Assembly (NCBI GenBank): GCA_965238275.1
Contig: OZ250186.1
Coordinates: 704,001-768,000, forward strand
DNA: 64,000 nt
Source of the DNA: Nitrosopumilus sp.
GTDB lineage: Archaea; Thermoproteota; Nitrososphaeria; Nitrososphaerales; Nitrosopumilaceae
Direction of reading: 5' to 3'
Part shown: positions 39,843 through 50,283 of the stretch, piece by piece
Layout: each line of letters opens with the position of its first letter
Numbering within the stretch: the stretch's first letter is position 1
Notes under the pieces: generated by a model
The model's database searches: none
The model's input: the letters and a program-made list of their open reading frames with translations, nothing else
What the model was told of the DNA's origin: nothing
Position numbers and translations under genes: made by a program

Positions 39843-40613
39843 ATGCTGACATCCGTTGCGGAACTCTCCTCTATTATTGGGGACCCTGATCTTCTGGTAG
39901 TTGATGCCCGCTCGTTTGCCGAGTATTCGGCGGGTCACATTCCAGGAGCCGTAAACCTGGATCTGTTTGCGTTTCACTGGATTGATACCACCGCAGACGG
40001 AATCCGAAACTTTGGAAGGCAGGCAGCCGCCCTGTTCTCTGCTGCCGGAGCGGATGGACGGAAGGTCGTCCTTTATGACAACGCCTCCGGGATGCTGGCA
40101 GCCAGGGGACTCTGGATGCTCATGTATCTGTCACACCCTGATGCCGTGATGCTGGATGGCGGAATCACAAAATGGCGCAGGGAGGATCTCCGAATCGAGA
40201 CTGGAACAAACGGGTTCAGGCCATCCGGGTTCTCCGGAAGGGCGGACCGCAGCCTGATCATCGGCTTTGAGGAGATTCGCGACAACCTGGACTCTCTGGT
40301 GGTGGTTGATGCCCGCTCTCCAGGGGAATATGACGGGAGCGTAGTCCGGGCTGCCAGAGCGGGCCACATTCCTGCATCGCTTAATCTTGACTGGAACCTC
40401 AACCTGTCAGAGGACGGCACCTTCAAGGATCCGGACGACCTGTCCGTGCTGTATCGCATGCCAAGGGACTCCAAAATCGTGACATACTGCCACGGGGGCT
40501 ACAGGGCCGCGCACTCCTTTCTTGCCCTGAGGAGAGCGGGATTCAAAGATGTCCGGGTGTATCTTGGGTCATGGGGCGAGTGGGGAAACAATATGGATCT
40601 TCCAGTTGAATAG
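39843..40613 (+). CDS. Thiosulfate sulfurtransferase (double rhodanese)
   Basis: GHIPGA, LDGG, YCHGGYRA, YLGSWGEW. Confidence 0.92.
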   Translation: MLTSVAELSSIIGDPDLLVVDARSFAEYSAGHIPGAVNLDLFAFHWIDTTADGIRNFGRQAAALFSAAGADGRKVVLYDNASGMLAARGLWMLMYLSHPDAVMLDGGITKWRREDLRIETGTNGFRPSGFSGRADRSLIIGFEEIRDNLDSLVVVDARSPGEYDGSVVRAARAGHIPASLNLDWNLNLSEDGTFKDPDDLSVLYRMPRDSKIVTYCHGGYRAAHSFLALRRAGFKDVRVYLGSWGEWGNNMDLPVE

Positions 40614-40639
40614 AGGCATGTACTCCGATCCTGGACATG

Positions 40640-40729
40640 AGACATAATCCGTAATAGGCAGTTTTGGGTCATTTCGTGCCTAGCATCTATTCCCACTTTG
40701 TGCCTAACGACTAATTACGGATTACGTCT
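40640..40729. repeat. 90-bp segment with 16-bp inverted ends and flanking ATG direct repeat (possible mini-MITE)
   Basis: AGACATAATCCGTAAT ... ATTACGGATTACGTCT (15/16 match), ATG on both sides. Confidence 0.5.
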
Positions 40730-40788
40730 ATGGTAGATTCTGCAAATAATCGTGCCCGGCCCTGGTAGCAGAACACTCCGAGGGAATG

Positions 40789-42888
40789 TTATCTCCTCTT
40801 CCAGACTAACTGGTTGTAGATGAGCTCCGGTCTTATCTGCCTGAACTGCTGTGCGCCTCCAACATACCACTTTGTAAAGAACTCGTACAGGTGCAGCCTG
40901 AGCGACTGGATGTACACGATCAGTCCCTCGATCATCATGATTCCAAGGTTTCCTCCGATGATCATGGCTATGGCGGCTCCGGATTCGATACCTCCCAGCG
41001 ATGTAAATGCGTTGTTTACAGTCAGCAGTAGGGCCGCATGCACCAGCAGCATGATGCCCAGCCGGGCGTAGCTTATAGTGTGGGCAAGGCTCTCGACGGT
41101 CTTTCCTAGGAACACCTCCATGACGACGCTTGCCGGGTCGCTTCCGTCCTCCGGATGCCTCTTTGCGTGCATGATGCCCCCAATCATCATTATGACCATT
41201 GATGCAATCACGATCACTACTGCAATTCGTGTGACTATCCACACCTGGGCCCACTCACCGAGAAATACCGTAACCCATGGAACCGCCTCTGTGTGAGCCC
41301 TAGAGTACATGTTGATCACGTCGTACTGCGAGCCTATCGCGCACATCATTATGACTACGATTCCGCCGTACAGGGCAAGGTTTGGAATGGACTCCATGAA
41401 TACTGTCATCCTTTGTCCCTCCTTTAGGAGCCTGATTATTCTCAAAGTCATTGCCCACACCAGGTGGATGATCCCCAGGAAGAGTGATACCTTGAGTATG
41501 TCAATCACCTGGTCAAAGGTCAGTTCTGCAACACTGAGTATTCCGACTATCCAGCTGACAGAGTGCAGCGCCCCGCCCTCCTCGAGCAGGCCTTCAAAGG
41601 GCGCCAAGTGATTCAGGTGGTAGCCAAACGCCTCCCCTGCACCAACTCCGGCTATTGCAGCCGATGCGCCGGATATGGCAATAAGCATTCCCCATCTGGA
41701 CAGCTCGCCCTGTCCCTTCATCTTGAAGAGCAGCCCCATTCCCATGAGGAGCAGCCCGTGGCCCATGTCTGCAAACATAAGTCCGTAGAAGATTGGCCAC
41801 ATCAGTGCGATCATCGGGGTGGGATCCGGTTCCCCGCGTTTTGGAATCCCCTGACTCTTTGTAATGACTTCGAATGTTCTGACAAACCGCTTGTTGTCAA
41901 AGAGCGTTGGAATCTGTTTTACCTGGTCGGGCTCCGTGACATCCTCCACCACGGACATCCACTTCTTTGTCAGATCTGTAAACTTTGTCTCCATCTTTTT
42001 TGGGATGAAGCCCTGGATTAGTGCAAAATTCTTGGTGCCGCCGGGCTTTCTCAGGGTTTCAAGGACATCCTTTGCCACCATGGCCTTTTCGTGAAGGGCA
42101 AGTATGTCGCGCCTGAGCTTCTTTGCAAGTCCTGCCAGTTCCTTTGTCATTGCAGCCTCGCTTGCACCCAGCTCCTTGATCTTTGCCTCTGCCTGGCCGT
42201 AGGCCTGGCTTGGAACCTGTGGGAATCCGTCTGGAATCCTGAACGGGTTTGAGTTAAAGTTTCTTAGAACCTTGAGAACCTTCTCAGAGTCTGCCGCGTC
42301 TGCAATTACCACTACTGCTGACTTGTTCTTGCCTTCCAGCTCGTATCTGGTGAGTGCTGTCTCGTCAAGGGAACGGCTTATCTCCTCAAAGTCCTGCGAT
42401 TCAATCACAAAGAGACCTGTAAAGAAGTATCTTGTAAGGCCGAATCCCGAAAGATCGATATTCATCCTTCTGACCACCTCTAGCGTCTCCTTGATGGTCT
42501 TGTGCTCCTCGATGGACGATCTTGCGGAATCTATGTCCTTTAGCAGTCTTGCTGGCCTGTCAATGACAGACGGAGCCTCAGCCTCTATCCATGAAACCAT
42601 CTCTGCAACCTCGCCCATCTCATAGTCCTTCTTTTTGATTACCGTACCCTTGAAGAGAATCTCCATTATGCCAACAGTGGAAGGAATGTTCATCCTCTTG
42701 ACGACCTCGTCAATTGACTGGAACGACTGCTGCGCCCTTAGCAGGAGATCATCTATCTCGGGCGTCACCCGGTCGTTAGGGGAATCGACCTTGTGGAACC
42801 ACTCAAATTCAGTCAGTCTTGAAATGGCCTTTGGCGACTCGCCCCTTGGTAGGATGACGGTTCCCAGTCGTATGTCTGCAGTTGCCAA
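40789..42888 (-). CDS. atpI: A-type ATP synthase subunit I
   Basis: GLMFADMGHG, SYARL, QSLRLHLYEFF. Confidence 0.95.
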   Translation of the reverse strand: MATADIRLGTVILPRGESPKAISRLTEFEWFHKVDSPNDRVTPEIDDLLLRAQQSFQSIDEVVKRMNIPSTVGIMEILFKGTVIKKKDYEMGEVAEMVSWIEAEAPSVIDRPARLLKDIDSARSSIEEHKTIKETLEVVRRMNIDLSGFGLTRYFFTGLFVIESQDFEEISRSLDETALTRYELEGKNKSAVVVIADAADSEKVLKVLRNFNSNPFRIPDGFPQVPSQAYGQAEAKIKELGASEAAMTKELAGLAKKLRRDILALHEKAMVAKDVLETLRKPGGTKNFALIQGFIPKKMETKFTDLTKKWMSVVEDVTEPDQVKQIPTLFDNKRFVRTFEVITKSQGIPKRGEPDPTPMIALMWPIFYGLMFADMGHGLLLMGMGLLFKMKGQGELSRWGMLIAISGASAAIAGVGAGEAFGYHLNHLAPFEGLLEEGGALHSVSWIVGILSVAELTFDQVIDILKVSLFLGIIHLVWAMTLRIIRLLKEGQRMTVFMESIPNLALYGGIVVIMMCAIGSQYDVINMYSRAHTEAVPWVTVFLGEWAQVWIVTRIAVVIVIASMVIMMIGGIMHAKRHPEDGSDPASVVMEVFLGKTVESLAHTISYARLGIMLLVHAALLLTVNNAFTSLGGIESGAAIAMIIGGNLGIMMIEGLIVYIQSLRLHLYEFFTKWYVGGAQQFRQIRPELIYNQLVWKRR

Positions 42889-43016
42889 GACAAGTTTGGG
42901 GTATTCCCATTGTGTTTAATACCTTTCTGATTTAATGACTGAGGCCGGGGTGGGGACACCTTGGAAGAATCCAGATTTTTCCAAACATTAAAATCCATTA
43001 TGGCTCAACGCCCCCC

Positions 43017-43616
43017 ATGACGCCTGATTTGGCACTGGAGGCCACAATCGACAAGATTTTGGCAAACACCGACAAGGAGATCATCTCGGACACTAGATCC
43101 GTATTTGAAAAATCCCTCCAAAGACTAGACGACGCGGCCAAGATGCTTGAGGAGGAATACGAAAGGATAATCTCTGACGGCAACAGGGAGGCTGAAAAGA
43201 TCTCAAGGCAGATCATTGGAAGCGCCGATCTTGAGGCCAGAAACAAGCAGCTGATCGCAGTTGAGGATGCAGTGGTCAGGGCCTTCTCCCAGGCACTTGA
43301 CGGAATAGCGGGTGCCAAACGGGATAAAGGGTACGAGGGTCTGATCAGGACGCTTTTGAGGGAGACCGTCGAGGTTATGGGAACCTCGAATATTACAATA
43401 TTTACAAATGAACAGGACCGGGCCGTGGTGCAGTCCGTACTCTCAGAGTTTCCGGGGATCGAGATGTCCTCTGATGTGGTGGAGTGCCTTGGAGGGGTTA
43501 CTGCAAAGTCACAAGACGGCTCCATGACATTTGACAATACCGTCGATGCAAGACTAAAACGTCTAAAGCCTTTAATAAGGAAAGAAATTGCATCCAAATT
43601 CGGAGTAGGAGATTAA
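43017..43616 (+). CDS. atpE: A-type ATP synthase subunit E
   Basis: Coiled coil, LGGV...DNT; operon context. Confidence 0.9.
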   Translation: MTPDLALEATIDKILANTDKEIISDTRSVFEKSLQRLDDAAKMLEEEYERIISDGNREAEKISRQIIGSADLEARNKQLIAVEDAVVRAFSQALDGIAGAKRDKGYEGLIRTLLRETVEVMGTSNITIFTNEQDRAVVQSVLSEFPGIEMSSDVVECLGGVTAKSQDGSMTFDNTVDARLKRLKPLIRKEIASKFGVGD

Positions 43617-43619
43617 AAC

Positions 43620-45392
43620 ATGGTAGCTCAGGGCAGAATTGTTTGGGTAAGCGGTCCGGCCGTGAGGGCTGACGGCATGTCCGAGGCAAAGATGTATGAG
43701 ACTGTGACCGTAGGCGATTCCAAGCTGATAGGCGAGGTGATCCGGCTTACCGGCGATGTTGCATTTATCCAGGTGTATGAGTCGACCAGCGGGCTGAAGC
43801 CAGGCGAGCCTGTCATAGGTACCGGAAACCCGCTTAGTGTAATGCTGGGACCGGGAATCATAGGACAGCTGTATGACGGGATTCAAAGGCCCCTCAGGGA
43901 GCTCTCGAAGGCATCCGGTTCGTTCATCGGCAGGGGCATTGTCACCACCCCGATAGACATGACCAAAAAGTATCATTTTGTTCCCACCGTAAACAACGGT
44001 GACGAGGTGGCGGCAGGAAACGTAATTGGAACCGTTCAGGAGACGGATCTCATAGAACATTCCATCATGGTCCCGCCGGATCATCCAGGCGGGCAGATCT
44101 CAGGAATGGTGACTGAAGGCGATTATGATCTAGAGACGGTTCTTGCAACGACTCAGAAGGACGGCCAGAGTACGGATCTAAAGATGTATCACAAGTGGCC
44201 TGTCCGAAAACCCCGTCCATACAAGAACCGATACGATCCGACAGTGCCGCTACTGACAGGGCAGCGTGTCATTGACACATTCTTTCCAATAGCAAAGGGC
44301 GGAACGGGTTCGATTCCGGGAGCGTTCGGAACCGGCAAGACTGTAACCCTTCACCAGATTGCCAAGTGGGCCGACTCGCAGGTGGTCGTGTATATCGGCT
44401 GCGGCGAGAGAGGCAACGAGATGACTGAGGTGCTTGTGGAGTTCCCACACCTGAAGGATCCGCGGAGCGGAAAGCCGCTCATGGACAGGACAGTTCTTGT
44501 GGCAAACACCAGCAACATGCCGGTTGCTGCAAGGGAGGCTAGCATCTACACGGGTGTGACGATTGCAGAATACTATCGGGACATGGGCAAGGACGTAGTG
44601 CTTGTGGCAGATTCCACCAGCAGATGGGCAGAGGCGCTCAGGGAGATGAGCGGAAGACTCGAGGAGATGCCTGCAGAGGAGGGTTATCCGTCATACCTTG
44701 CATCAAGGCTGGCAGAATTTTACGAGAGGGCAGGCCGTGTAAGGGCCGCAGGCAGTCCTGACCGCGACGGTTCTGTAACCTTGATAGGCGCAGTATCCCC
44801 GTCAGGCGGCGATTTTACGGAGCCGGTTACGACTCACACCATGAGATTCATCAAGACCTTCTGGGCTCTGGATGCAAAGCTTGCATACTCTAGACACTAC
44901 CCGTCGATCAACTGGATGAACAGCTACTCGGGGTATCTTGCAGATGTCGCAAAGTGGTGGGGCCAGAACATCAGCGAGGACTGGTTTAACCTGCGAAAAG
45001 AAGCGTACGGCGTCCTGCAGAGGGAGGAGACGCTAAAGGAGATTGTGAGGCTTTTGGGTCCTGAGGCGCTTCCAGACGAGGAGAAGCTGATACTTGAGGT
45101 TGCAAGAATGATCAAGATCGGACTGCTACAACAAAACTCGTTTGATGATGTGGATACATACTGCAGTCCTGAAAAACAGTACAAGCTCCTCAAACTGCTG
45201 GTGAACTTTTACAAGAGTGGCCAGCAGGCACTCAAGGAGGGCGCTAATCTTAATGACATCAAGAACCTGCCGATCCAGTCTTCGCTTCTCAAGGCGCGAA
45301 TGGATGTCAAGGACGATGAGATCTCAAAACTCGATCAGTTTGAAGGGCTGATGCAGGAGCAGTTCGAGAACATAATGGGGGTTAAGATATAA
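43620..45392 (+). CDS. atpA: A-type ATP synthase subunit A
   Basis: [26 protein letters not shown]. Confidence 0.98.
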   Translation: MVAQGRIVWVSGPAVRADGMSEAKMYETVTVGDSKLIGEVIRLTGDVAFIQVYESTSGLKPGEPVIGTGNPLSVMLGPGIIGQLYDGIQRPLRELSKASGSFIGRGIVTTPIDMTKKYHFVPTVNNGDEVAAGNVIGTVQETDLIEHSIMVPPDHPGGQISGMVTEGDYDLETVLATTQKDGQSTDLKMYHKWPVRKPRPYKNRYDPTVPLLTGQRVIDTFFPIAKGGTGSIPGAFGTGKTVTLHQIAKWADSQVVVYIGCGERGNEMTEVLVEFPHLKDPRSGKPLMDRTVLVANTSNMPVAAREASIYTGVTIAEYYRDMGKDVVLVADSTSRWAEALREMSGRLEEMPAEEGYPSYLASRLAEFYERAGRVRAAGSPDRDGSVTLIGAVSPSGGDFTEPVTTHTMRFIKTFWALDAKLAYSRHYPSINWMNSYSGYLADVAKWWGQNISEDWFNLRKEAYGVLQREETLKEIVRLLGPEALPDEEKLILEVARMIKIGLLQQNSFDDVDTYCSPEKQYKLLKLLVNFYKSGQQALKEGANLNDIKNLPIQSSLLKARMDVKDDEISKLDQFEGLMQEQFENIMGVKI

Positions 45393-45394
45393 AA

Positions 45395-46780
45395 TTGACG
45401 GTGCAGGGCGGGGTCCAGTACAGCAAGATTGCAGAGATCAAGGGTCCCCTGGTAGTAGTTGACGAGGTTGAAAACGCCGCCTTTGACGAACTGGTAGAAA
45501 TAGATACCAACGACGGCGAGAGGAGGCTCGGCAAGGTGCTTGAAGTGGGAAACGGCAAGGCCATAGTACAGGTCTTTGAGGGAACCACCGGACTGTCAGT
45601 TGCCGGAACAAGTGCAAAATTCGTAGGCAAGGTAATGGAGATGCCCGTATCCAAGGAGGTATTGGGCAGGGTCTTTGACGGACTGGGCAGGCCAAAGGAC
45701 GGACTTCCCGATCCAATAGCCGACAAGTTCATCGATATCAACGGGGAGCCAATGAATCCAGAACAGCGCCAGTATCCAAAGGACTTCATTCAGACAGGCG
45801 TCTCGGTAATCGACGGCATGATCACACTTGTCCGGGGACAAAAACTTCCAATCTTTTCAGGCTCGGGAATGTCCCACAACCTGCTTGCCGCACAGATAGC
45901 ACGGCAGGCCAGTGTGCTCGGCACCAATGACGACTTTGCCGTGGTGTTTGCAGCCATCGGCGTGCAGTACAGCGAGGCCGAATACTTTAGAAGAAGCCTT
46001 GAAGAATCCGGCGCCCTGAAGAGAAGCGTGCTGTTTCTCAATCTGGCCGATGATCCTGCCATCGAGAGGATCATCACGCCCCGCGTGGCACTTACCGTCG
46101 CAGAGTATCTGGCATTTGAGCTTGACATGCACGTGCTGGTAATCCTGACTGACATGACAAACTATGCCGAGGCACTCAGGGAGATCAGCGCAGCAAGAGA
46201 AGAGGTTCCGGGACGAAAGGGGTATCCGGGATACCTGTATACCGATCTCTCCACAATATACGAGCGTGCCGGCAAACTGGAAGGCAGGACGGGAAGCGTT
46301 ACCCAGGTGCCAATCCTCTCAATGCCCTCTGATGATATCACCCACCCGATCCCGGATCTTACCGGATACATTACAGAGGGGCAGATAGTGCTGGGACGGG
46401 ATCTCTTCAGACAGGGAATCTATCCGCCGGTAAACATACTGATGAGCCTGAGCAGACTCATGAAGGACGGAATAGGCAAGGGAAGCACAAGGGAGGAACA
46501 CGGCGAAATATCAAACCAGAACTATGACTTCTACGCTAGGGCACAGGAGGTCCGGGCACTGGCAGGAATCGTAGGCAAGGCCGGACTGACCGAGATCGAT
46601 CTAAAGTACATGGATGCCGGGGATGCCTTTGAAAAGGAGTTCCTCTCACAAAAAATTGACGAGAACCGCACAATCGAGGAGACGCTGGGCGTACTCTGGA
46701 AGATTGCCTCAAAACTGCCAAAGAATGAACTGACAAAGGTTAAGGACAAATACATAGAGCAGTTCTATCAGGACAAGTAG
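45395..46780 (+). CDS. atpB: A-type ATP synthase subunit B
   Basis: [36 protein letters not shown]. Confidence 0.98.
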   Translation: MTVQGGVQYSKIAEIKGPLVVVDEVENAAFDELVEIDTNDGERRLGKVLEVGNGKAIVQVFEGTTGLSVAGTSAKFVGKVMEMPVSKEVLGRVFDGLGRPKDGLPDPIADKFIDINGEPMNPEQRQYPKDFIQTGVSVIDGMITLVRGQKLPIFSGSGMSHNLLAAQIARQASVLGTNDDFAVVFAAIGVQYSEAEYFRRSLEESGALKRSVLFLNLADDPAIERIITPRVALTVAEYLAFELDMHVLVILTDMTNYAEALREISAAREEVPGRKGYPGYLYTDLSTIYERAGKLEGRTGSVTQVPILSMPSDDITHPIPDLTGYITEGQIVLGRDLFRQGIYPPVNILMSLSRLMKDGIGKGSTREEHGEISNQNYDFYARAQEVRALAGIVGKAGLTEIDLKYMDAGDAFEKEFLSQKIDENRTIEETLGVLWKIASKLPKNELTKVKDKYIEQFYQDK

Positions 46781-46782
46781 AC

Positions 46783-47415
46783 ATGTCGTTTGGACAGAAT
46801 GTGGCTGCGACCAAGATCGAGCTGTTCAAGTACAAGCGTTCCAGCCAGGTCGCAATCATGGTGCAGAAGATTCTTGACGACAAGCGCAAGGTGCTTTTAA
46901 AGAACATTGAGGAGATGATCGTAGAGGCCTCCAAGGCAAGGGGCGGAATCTGGGATCCGCTCCAGGACATCTACAAGTCTGTAAACGAGGCGTATCTTTC
47001 CCTAGGTACAAGCACTGTAGACTCTGTTGCAGAGTCCACCCCGCCTGTCATGGAAGTCGACGTCAACGTGCGAAGGGTCGTCGATGTCAAGATTCCGACA
47101 CTGTCAGTGACTGAAAGCGATACCGACTCCATGCCGTACGGCTTTGCCGACACAAACTCGTCAATCGACAGGGCGTCAAAGCAGATAAAGGAACTGCTCC
47201 CGAAGATCTGCAAGGCCGCCGAGCACGAGAACTCCATATTCAGCCTTGCAAAGGCGCTGGAGAAGACGCAAAAGCTCCTCAACGCACTTGAAAACGTCAT
47301 TATCCCGCAGTACAAGGAGAGGATACGGTTCATCCTTGCGACCATAGAGGAGAGGGAGAGGGAGGAATTCGCAAAGTTAAAAAAAGTGAAGGCAAAGATG
47401 GAGCGCAACAAGTAA
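46783..47415 (+). CDS. atpD: A-type ATP synthase subunit D
   Basis: LDDKR, NALENVIIP, EEREREEF. Confidence 0.95.
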   Translation: MSFGQNVAATKIELFKYKRSSQVAIMVQKILDDKRKVLLKNIEEMIVEASKARGGIWDPLQDIYKSVNEAYLSLGTSTVDSVAESTPPVMEVDVNVRRVVDVKIPTLSVTESDTDSMPYGFADTNSSIDRASKQIKELLPKICKAAEHENSIFSLAKALEKTQKLLNALENVIIPQYKERIRFILATIEEREREEFAKLKKVKAKMERNK

Positions 47416-47546
47416 TGGCAAAAGACGAGATTAAGAGGCTGATTGAGGACTCCAAAAAGGCACTGGGCGCAGACTATGACGCCTTTGAAAAGTCCATCAA
47501 GAAAGATCTGGCCTCGTTCAAAAAGGATACACTGGATCGAATCTGA
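47415..47546 (+). CDS. Small charged helical protein (43 aa) coupled to atpD, possibly an ATPase stalk subunit
   Basis: TAATG overlap; MAKDEIKRLIEDSKKALGADYDAFEKSIKKDLASFKKDTLDRI*. Confidence 0.6.
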   Translation: MAKDEIKRLIEDSKKALGADYDAFEKSIKKDLASFKKDTLDRI

Positions 47547-47771
47547 TTCCCAGTCAGAATCATACCATGCGGCACCTGTGGGTATCGCCATCATCATCAT
47601 GCATGCGGTTCGTACCCCGATGTCTGCCGTCAACAGTTCGTGGTACCTGTAGGGTGCAGCCTGCGTTTGACTGCGCTTAGACGGCATGATTCTCGTACCA
47701 CGCGCTGGGCGGATCCTGGAGGGGAATTCTACCATGATTTAAATAAGGATCTGAACGAGCCTCAAACATCA

Positions 47772-48077
47772 ATGAAAACTATAGCCTTGTTACTTTTGGC
47801 GGCATCAGCGATTTCAATTCTGGGTTCTACCGGGGTTGCATTTGCACAGGACGATGCATCTAGCAGTGGTGACTCTATGAAGCTTCTGGGTGCTGGTCTG
47901 GCCTTTGGTATCGCAGCCGGAGGAGCTGGAATAGGTCTTGGCCAGGTGGGTGCAGCAGGTCTTGCAGTCATCAGTGAGAATCCGGCACTGCAGTCCAAAG
48001 TATTCATCTTCGTAGGAATGGTTGAGTCCATCGCAATCTACGGCATAGTCATGATGTTTATCATACTGGGACAATAG
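47772..48077 (+). CDS. atpK: A-type ATP synthase proteolipid subunit K (c)
   Basis: Signal-like N-terminus, GAGIGLG, catalytic E in MVESIAIYG. Confidence 0.93.
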   Translation: MKTIALLLLAASAISILGSTGVAFAQDDASSSGDSMKLLGAGLAFGIAAGGAGIGLGQVGAAGLAVISENPALQSKVFIFVGMVESIAIYGIVMMFIILGQ

Positions 48078-48114
48078 TTCTGACTAGATATTTTTCAATT
48101 CAAAAATTTTTATC

Positions 48115-48576
48115 CTAATTATATCTCAATTGGTCCGTGTTCAGTATCCTTGCACAGTACCTGCATCTGAGCACCCTGCCCTTCCTGTCCACCAGCTCCA
48201 TGACGGATTCGATGTACTCTTGGCTGTTTGTTATGCAGTCCGGATTCGGGCACTTGAAGATCCGCTCTATCTCGTTTGGAATGGTGACCCTTCTCTTCTC
48301 CACAAGCTTGTAGTTCCTTATCATGTTGATGGTGGCGCTAGGGGCGATCACTGCCAGCTTGTTTGTATCGTCATCCCTAAGGAACCTGTTCTCCACCTTG
48401 ATAATGTCCTTCTTTCTGAACTTGCCGCTTGGGACGTTGAGGGCGATGGTAATCAGACCTCCGTCCCCGTCGTTGAGCCCCAGCGCGTCAAGAACGCGAA
48501 GGCCCCTGCCTGCATCAATGTGGTCAATCACGGTCCCCTCACGGATTCGTCGAACCAGAAGCTCGGACTCTTCCAT
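48115..48576 (-). CDS. pyrI: Aspartate carbamoyltransferase regulatory chain
   Basis: GTVIDHI, KKDIIKVE, CPNPDCIT, CRYC. Confidence 0.95.
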   Translation of the reverse strand: MEESELLVRRIREGTVIDHIDAGRGLRVLDALGLNDGDGGLITIALNVPSGKFRKKDIIKVENRFLRDDDTNKLAVIAPSATINMIRNYKLVEKRRVTIPNEIERIFKCPNPDCITNSQEYIESVMELVDRKGRVLRCRYCARILNTDQLRYN

Positions 48577-48616
48577 AAAAATACTTGTATAGCCACTTGT
48601 ATATATCATTGAGAAT

Positions 48617-49549
48617 ATGAACGAGTTTTACGGGAAGGACGTCATCTCAATCAAGGACTTTACCCGGAAGCAGCTTGAAGAGATCTTTGGCGCAACCGAC
48701 CGGCTGATGGAACTTGACCCGTCAGTCCGGAGCGAGATCTGCAGGGGCAAGACGCTTGGGTACCTCTTTTACGAGCCCAGCACCAGAACCCGGCTGAGCT
48801 TTGAGGCGGCAATGGCATCGGTGGGCGGAAACTCCGTTGGAATCTCTGATGCCTCCTCCTCATCAATCCAGAAGGGCGAGAGCCTCTCTGATACGGTGCG
48901 GATCACGTCAATCTATTCAGACGTGCTGGTACTGCGGCATGCCATGGACGGCTCAAGCAGGTTTGCAGCAGAGATCTCCAGAAAGCCGGTAATCAACGCA
49001 GGCAGCGGGACCGAGGAGCACCCCACCCAGGCAATCCAGGATCTATTCACGATCAAGAAGGAGAAGAGAAAGATCGACGGCCTCAGTATTGGAATAGCAG
49101 GTGATCTAAAGTACGGAAGGACCGTATACTCCCTGCTGTACGGGTTGGGAAACTATGATGTCGACGTACACCTCTTCTCACCGGAGTCCCTCAGGATACG
49201 GACCGACTCAGTCTATGAGATTAAAAAGAAGATGGATTTTACCGAGTCCAACGACATCGAGGATCACATTGACGAGCTTGACGTCCTTTACGTGACAAGA
49301 ATCCAGAAGGAGAGGTTTCCCGACGAGGAGGAGTACCGCAAGGTAAAGGGAAGCTACACGGTGGGACTTGACACCCTCCGGCAGATGAAGGATGATGCAG
49401 TCATACTGCATCCCCTTCCCAGAATCGATGAGATCTCCCCCGAGATTGATGCGACCAAAAACGCCAGATACTTTGAACAGGCCGAATACGGCATGCACGT
49501 CCGCTCTGCCCTGCTGGGACTGATCCTGAACAGGGACGGCTTCTTCTGA
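48617..49549 (+). CDS. pyrB: Aspartate carbamoyltransferase catalytic chain
   Basis: FYEPSTRTRLSF, HPTQ, GDLKYGRT, HPLPR. Confidence 0.97.
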   Translation: MNEFYGKDVISIKDFTRKQLEEIFGATDRLMELDPSVRSEICRGKTLGYLFYEPSTRTRLSFEAAMASVGGNSVGISDASSSSIQKGESLSDTVRITSIYSDVLVLRHAMDGSSRFAAEISRKPVINAGSGTEEHPTQAIQDLFTIKKEKRKIDGLSIGIAGDLKYGRTVYSLLYGLGNYDVDVHLFSPESLRIRTDSVYEIKKKMDFTESNDIEDHIDELDVLYVTRIQKERFPDEEEYRKVKGSYTVGLDTLRQMKDDAVILHPLPRIDEISPEIDATKNARYFEQAEYGMHVRSALLGLILNRDGFF

Positions 49550-49588
49550 TTAGGCATTATTATATCCTGATGCGTGTTAGTGTGACTG

Positions 49589-50281
49589 TTGACAAAGACC
49601 ATACCGATATTCCCGCTGGATCTGGTGCTGTTTCCAAGGCAGAACCTTCCGCTGCGCATATTCGAACCCCGCTACAGGCAGCTGGTCGATGACTGCATGC
49701 TTGGGGACGGACAGTTTGGCGTATGCCTGACAGACAACACCCGTACCGTCAGCGGATGGGAATCTCCAAGATCCGTCGGAACCGTTGCCAAGATCACCGG
49801 ATGCAAGGATGTCGGGCTTGACGGGGCGCAGCTTCACATTGAGACTGTCGGCAGGAACCCGTTTAGGATCAAGAGAATAATTCCTCCGTCGCTTCCCCGG
49901 CCTGCAGACTATGATCCGCAATCCCCCGAAGGAGTCTCCGGGATGCGCACGGATACAACAGGCGCCACCCCGTACATACGTGCAGAGGTGGAGATGATAC
50001 CTGAGATCGACCAGGACATAACCCTGGGCAGATGGAACAGAATGGTTGATCTGTGGAAGCGCAAGGTTGCCGCAGAGGCGCTGCCGCAAATAATCGAACC
50101 CCACGCACTTGACCACCTTCTGGGGCAGTACTATCTTGTAACTGACACCCCCACCATGGACTACGTCTATTCGCTGGCAGCCCTTGGCGCAGGGAGTCCG
50201 GACGAACTACAGCCGATTCTGGAGGCTGCATCCGTTGACGATCTTATCGGCAGGATCGAGGATCTGCTGACAATAAAATAG
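49589..50281 (+). CDS. LON peptidase substrate-binding-domain protein
   Basis: IPIFPL..VLFP..LPLRIFEPRY. Confidence 0.85.
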   Translation: MTKTIPIFPLDLVLFPRQNLPLRIFEPRYRQLVDDCMLGDGQFGVCLTDNTRTVSGWESPRSVGTVAKITGCKDVGLDGAQLHIETVGRNPFRIKRIIPPSLPRPADYDPQSPEGVSGMRTDTTGATPYIRAEVEMIPEIDQDITLGRWNRMVDLWKRKVAAEALPQIIEPHALDHLLGQYYLVTDTPTMDYVYSLAALGAGSPDELQPILEAASVDDLIGRIEDLLTIK

Positions 50282-50283
50282 AT

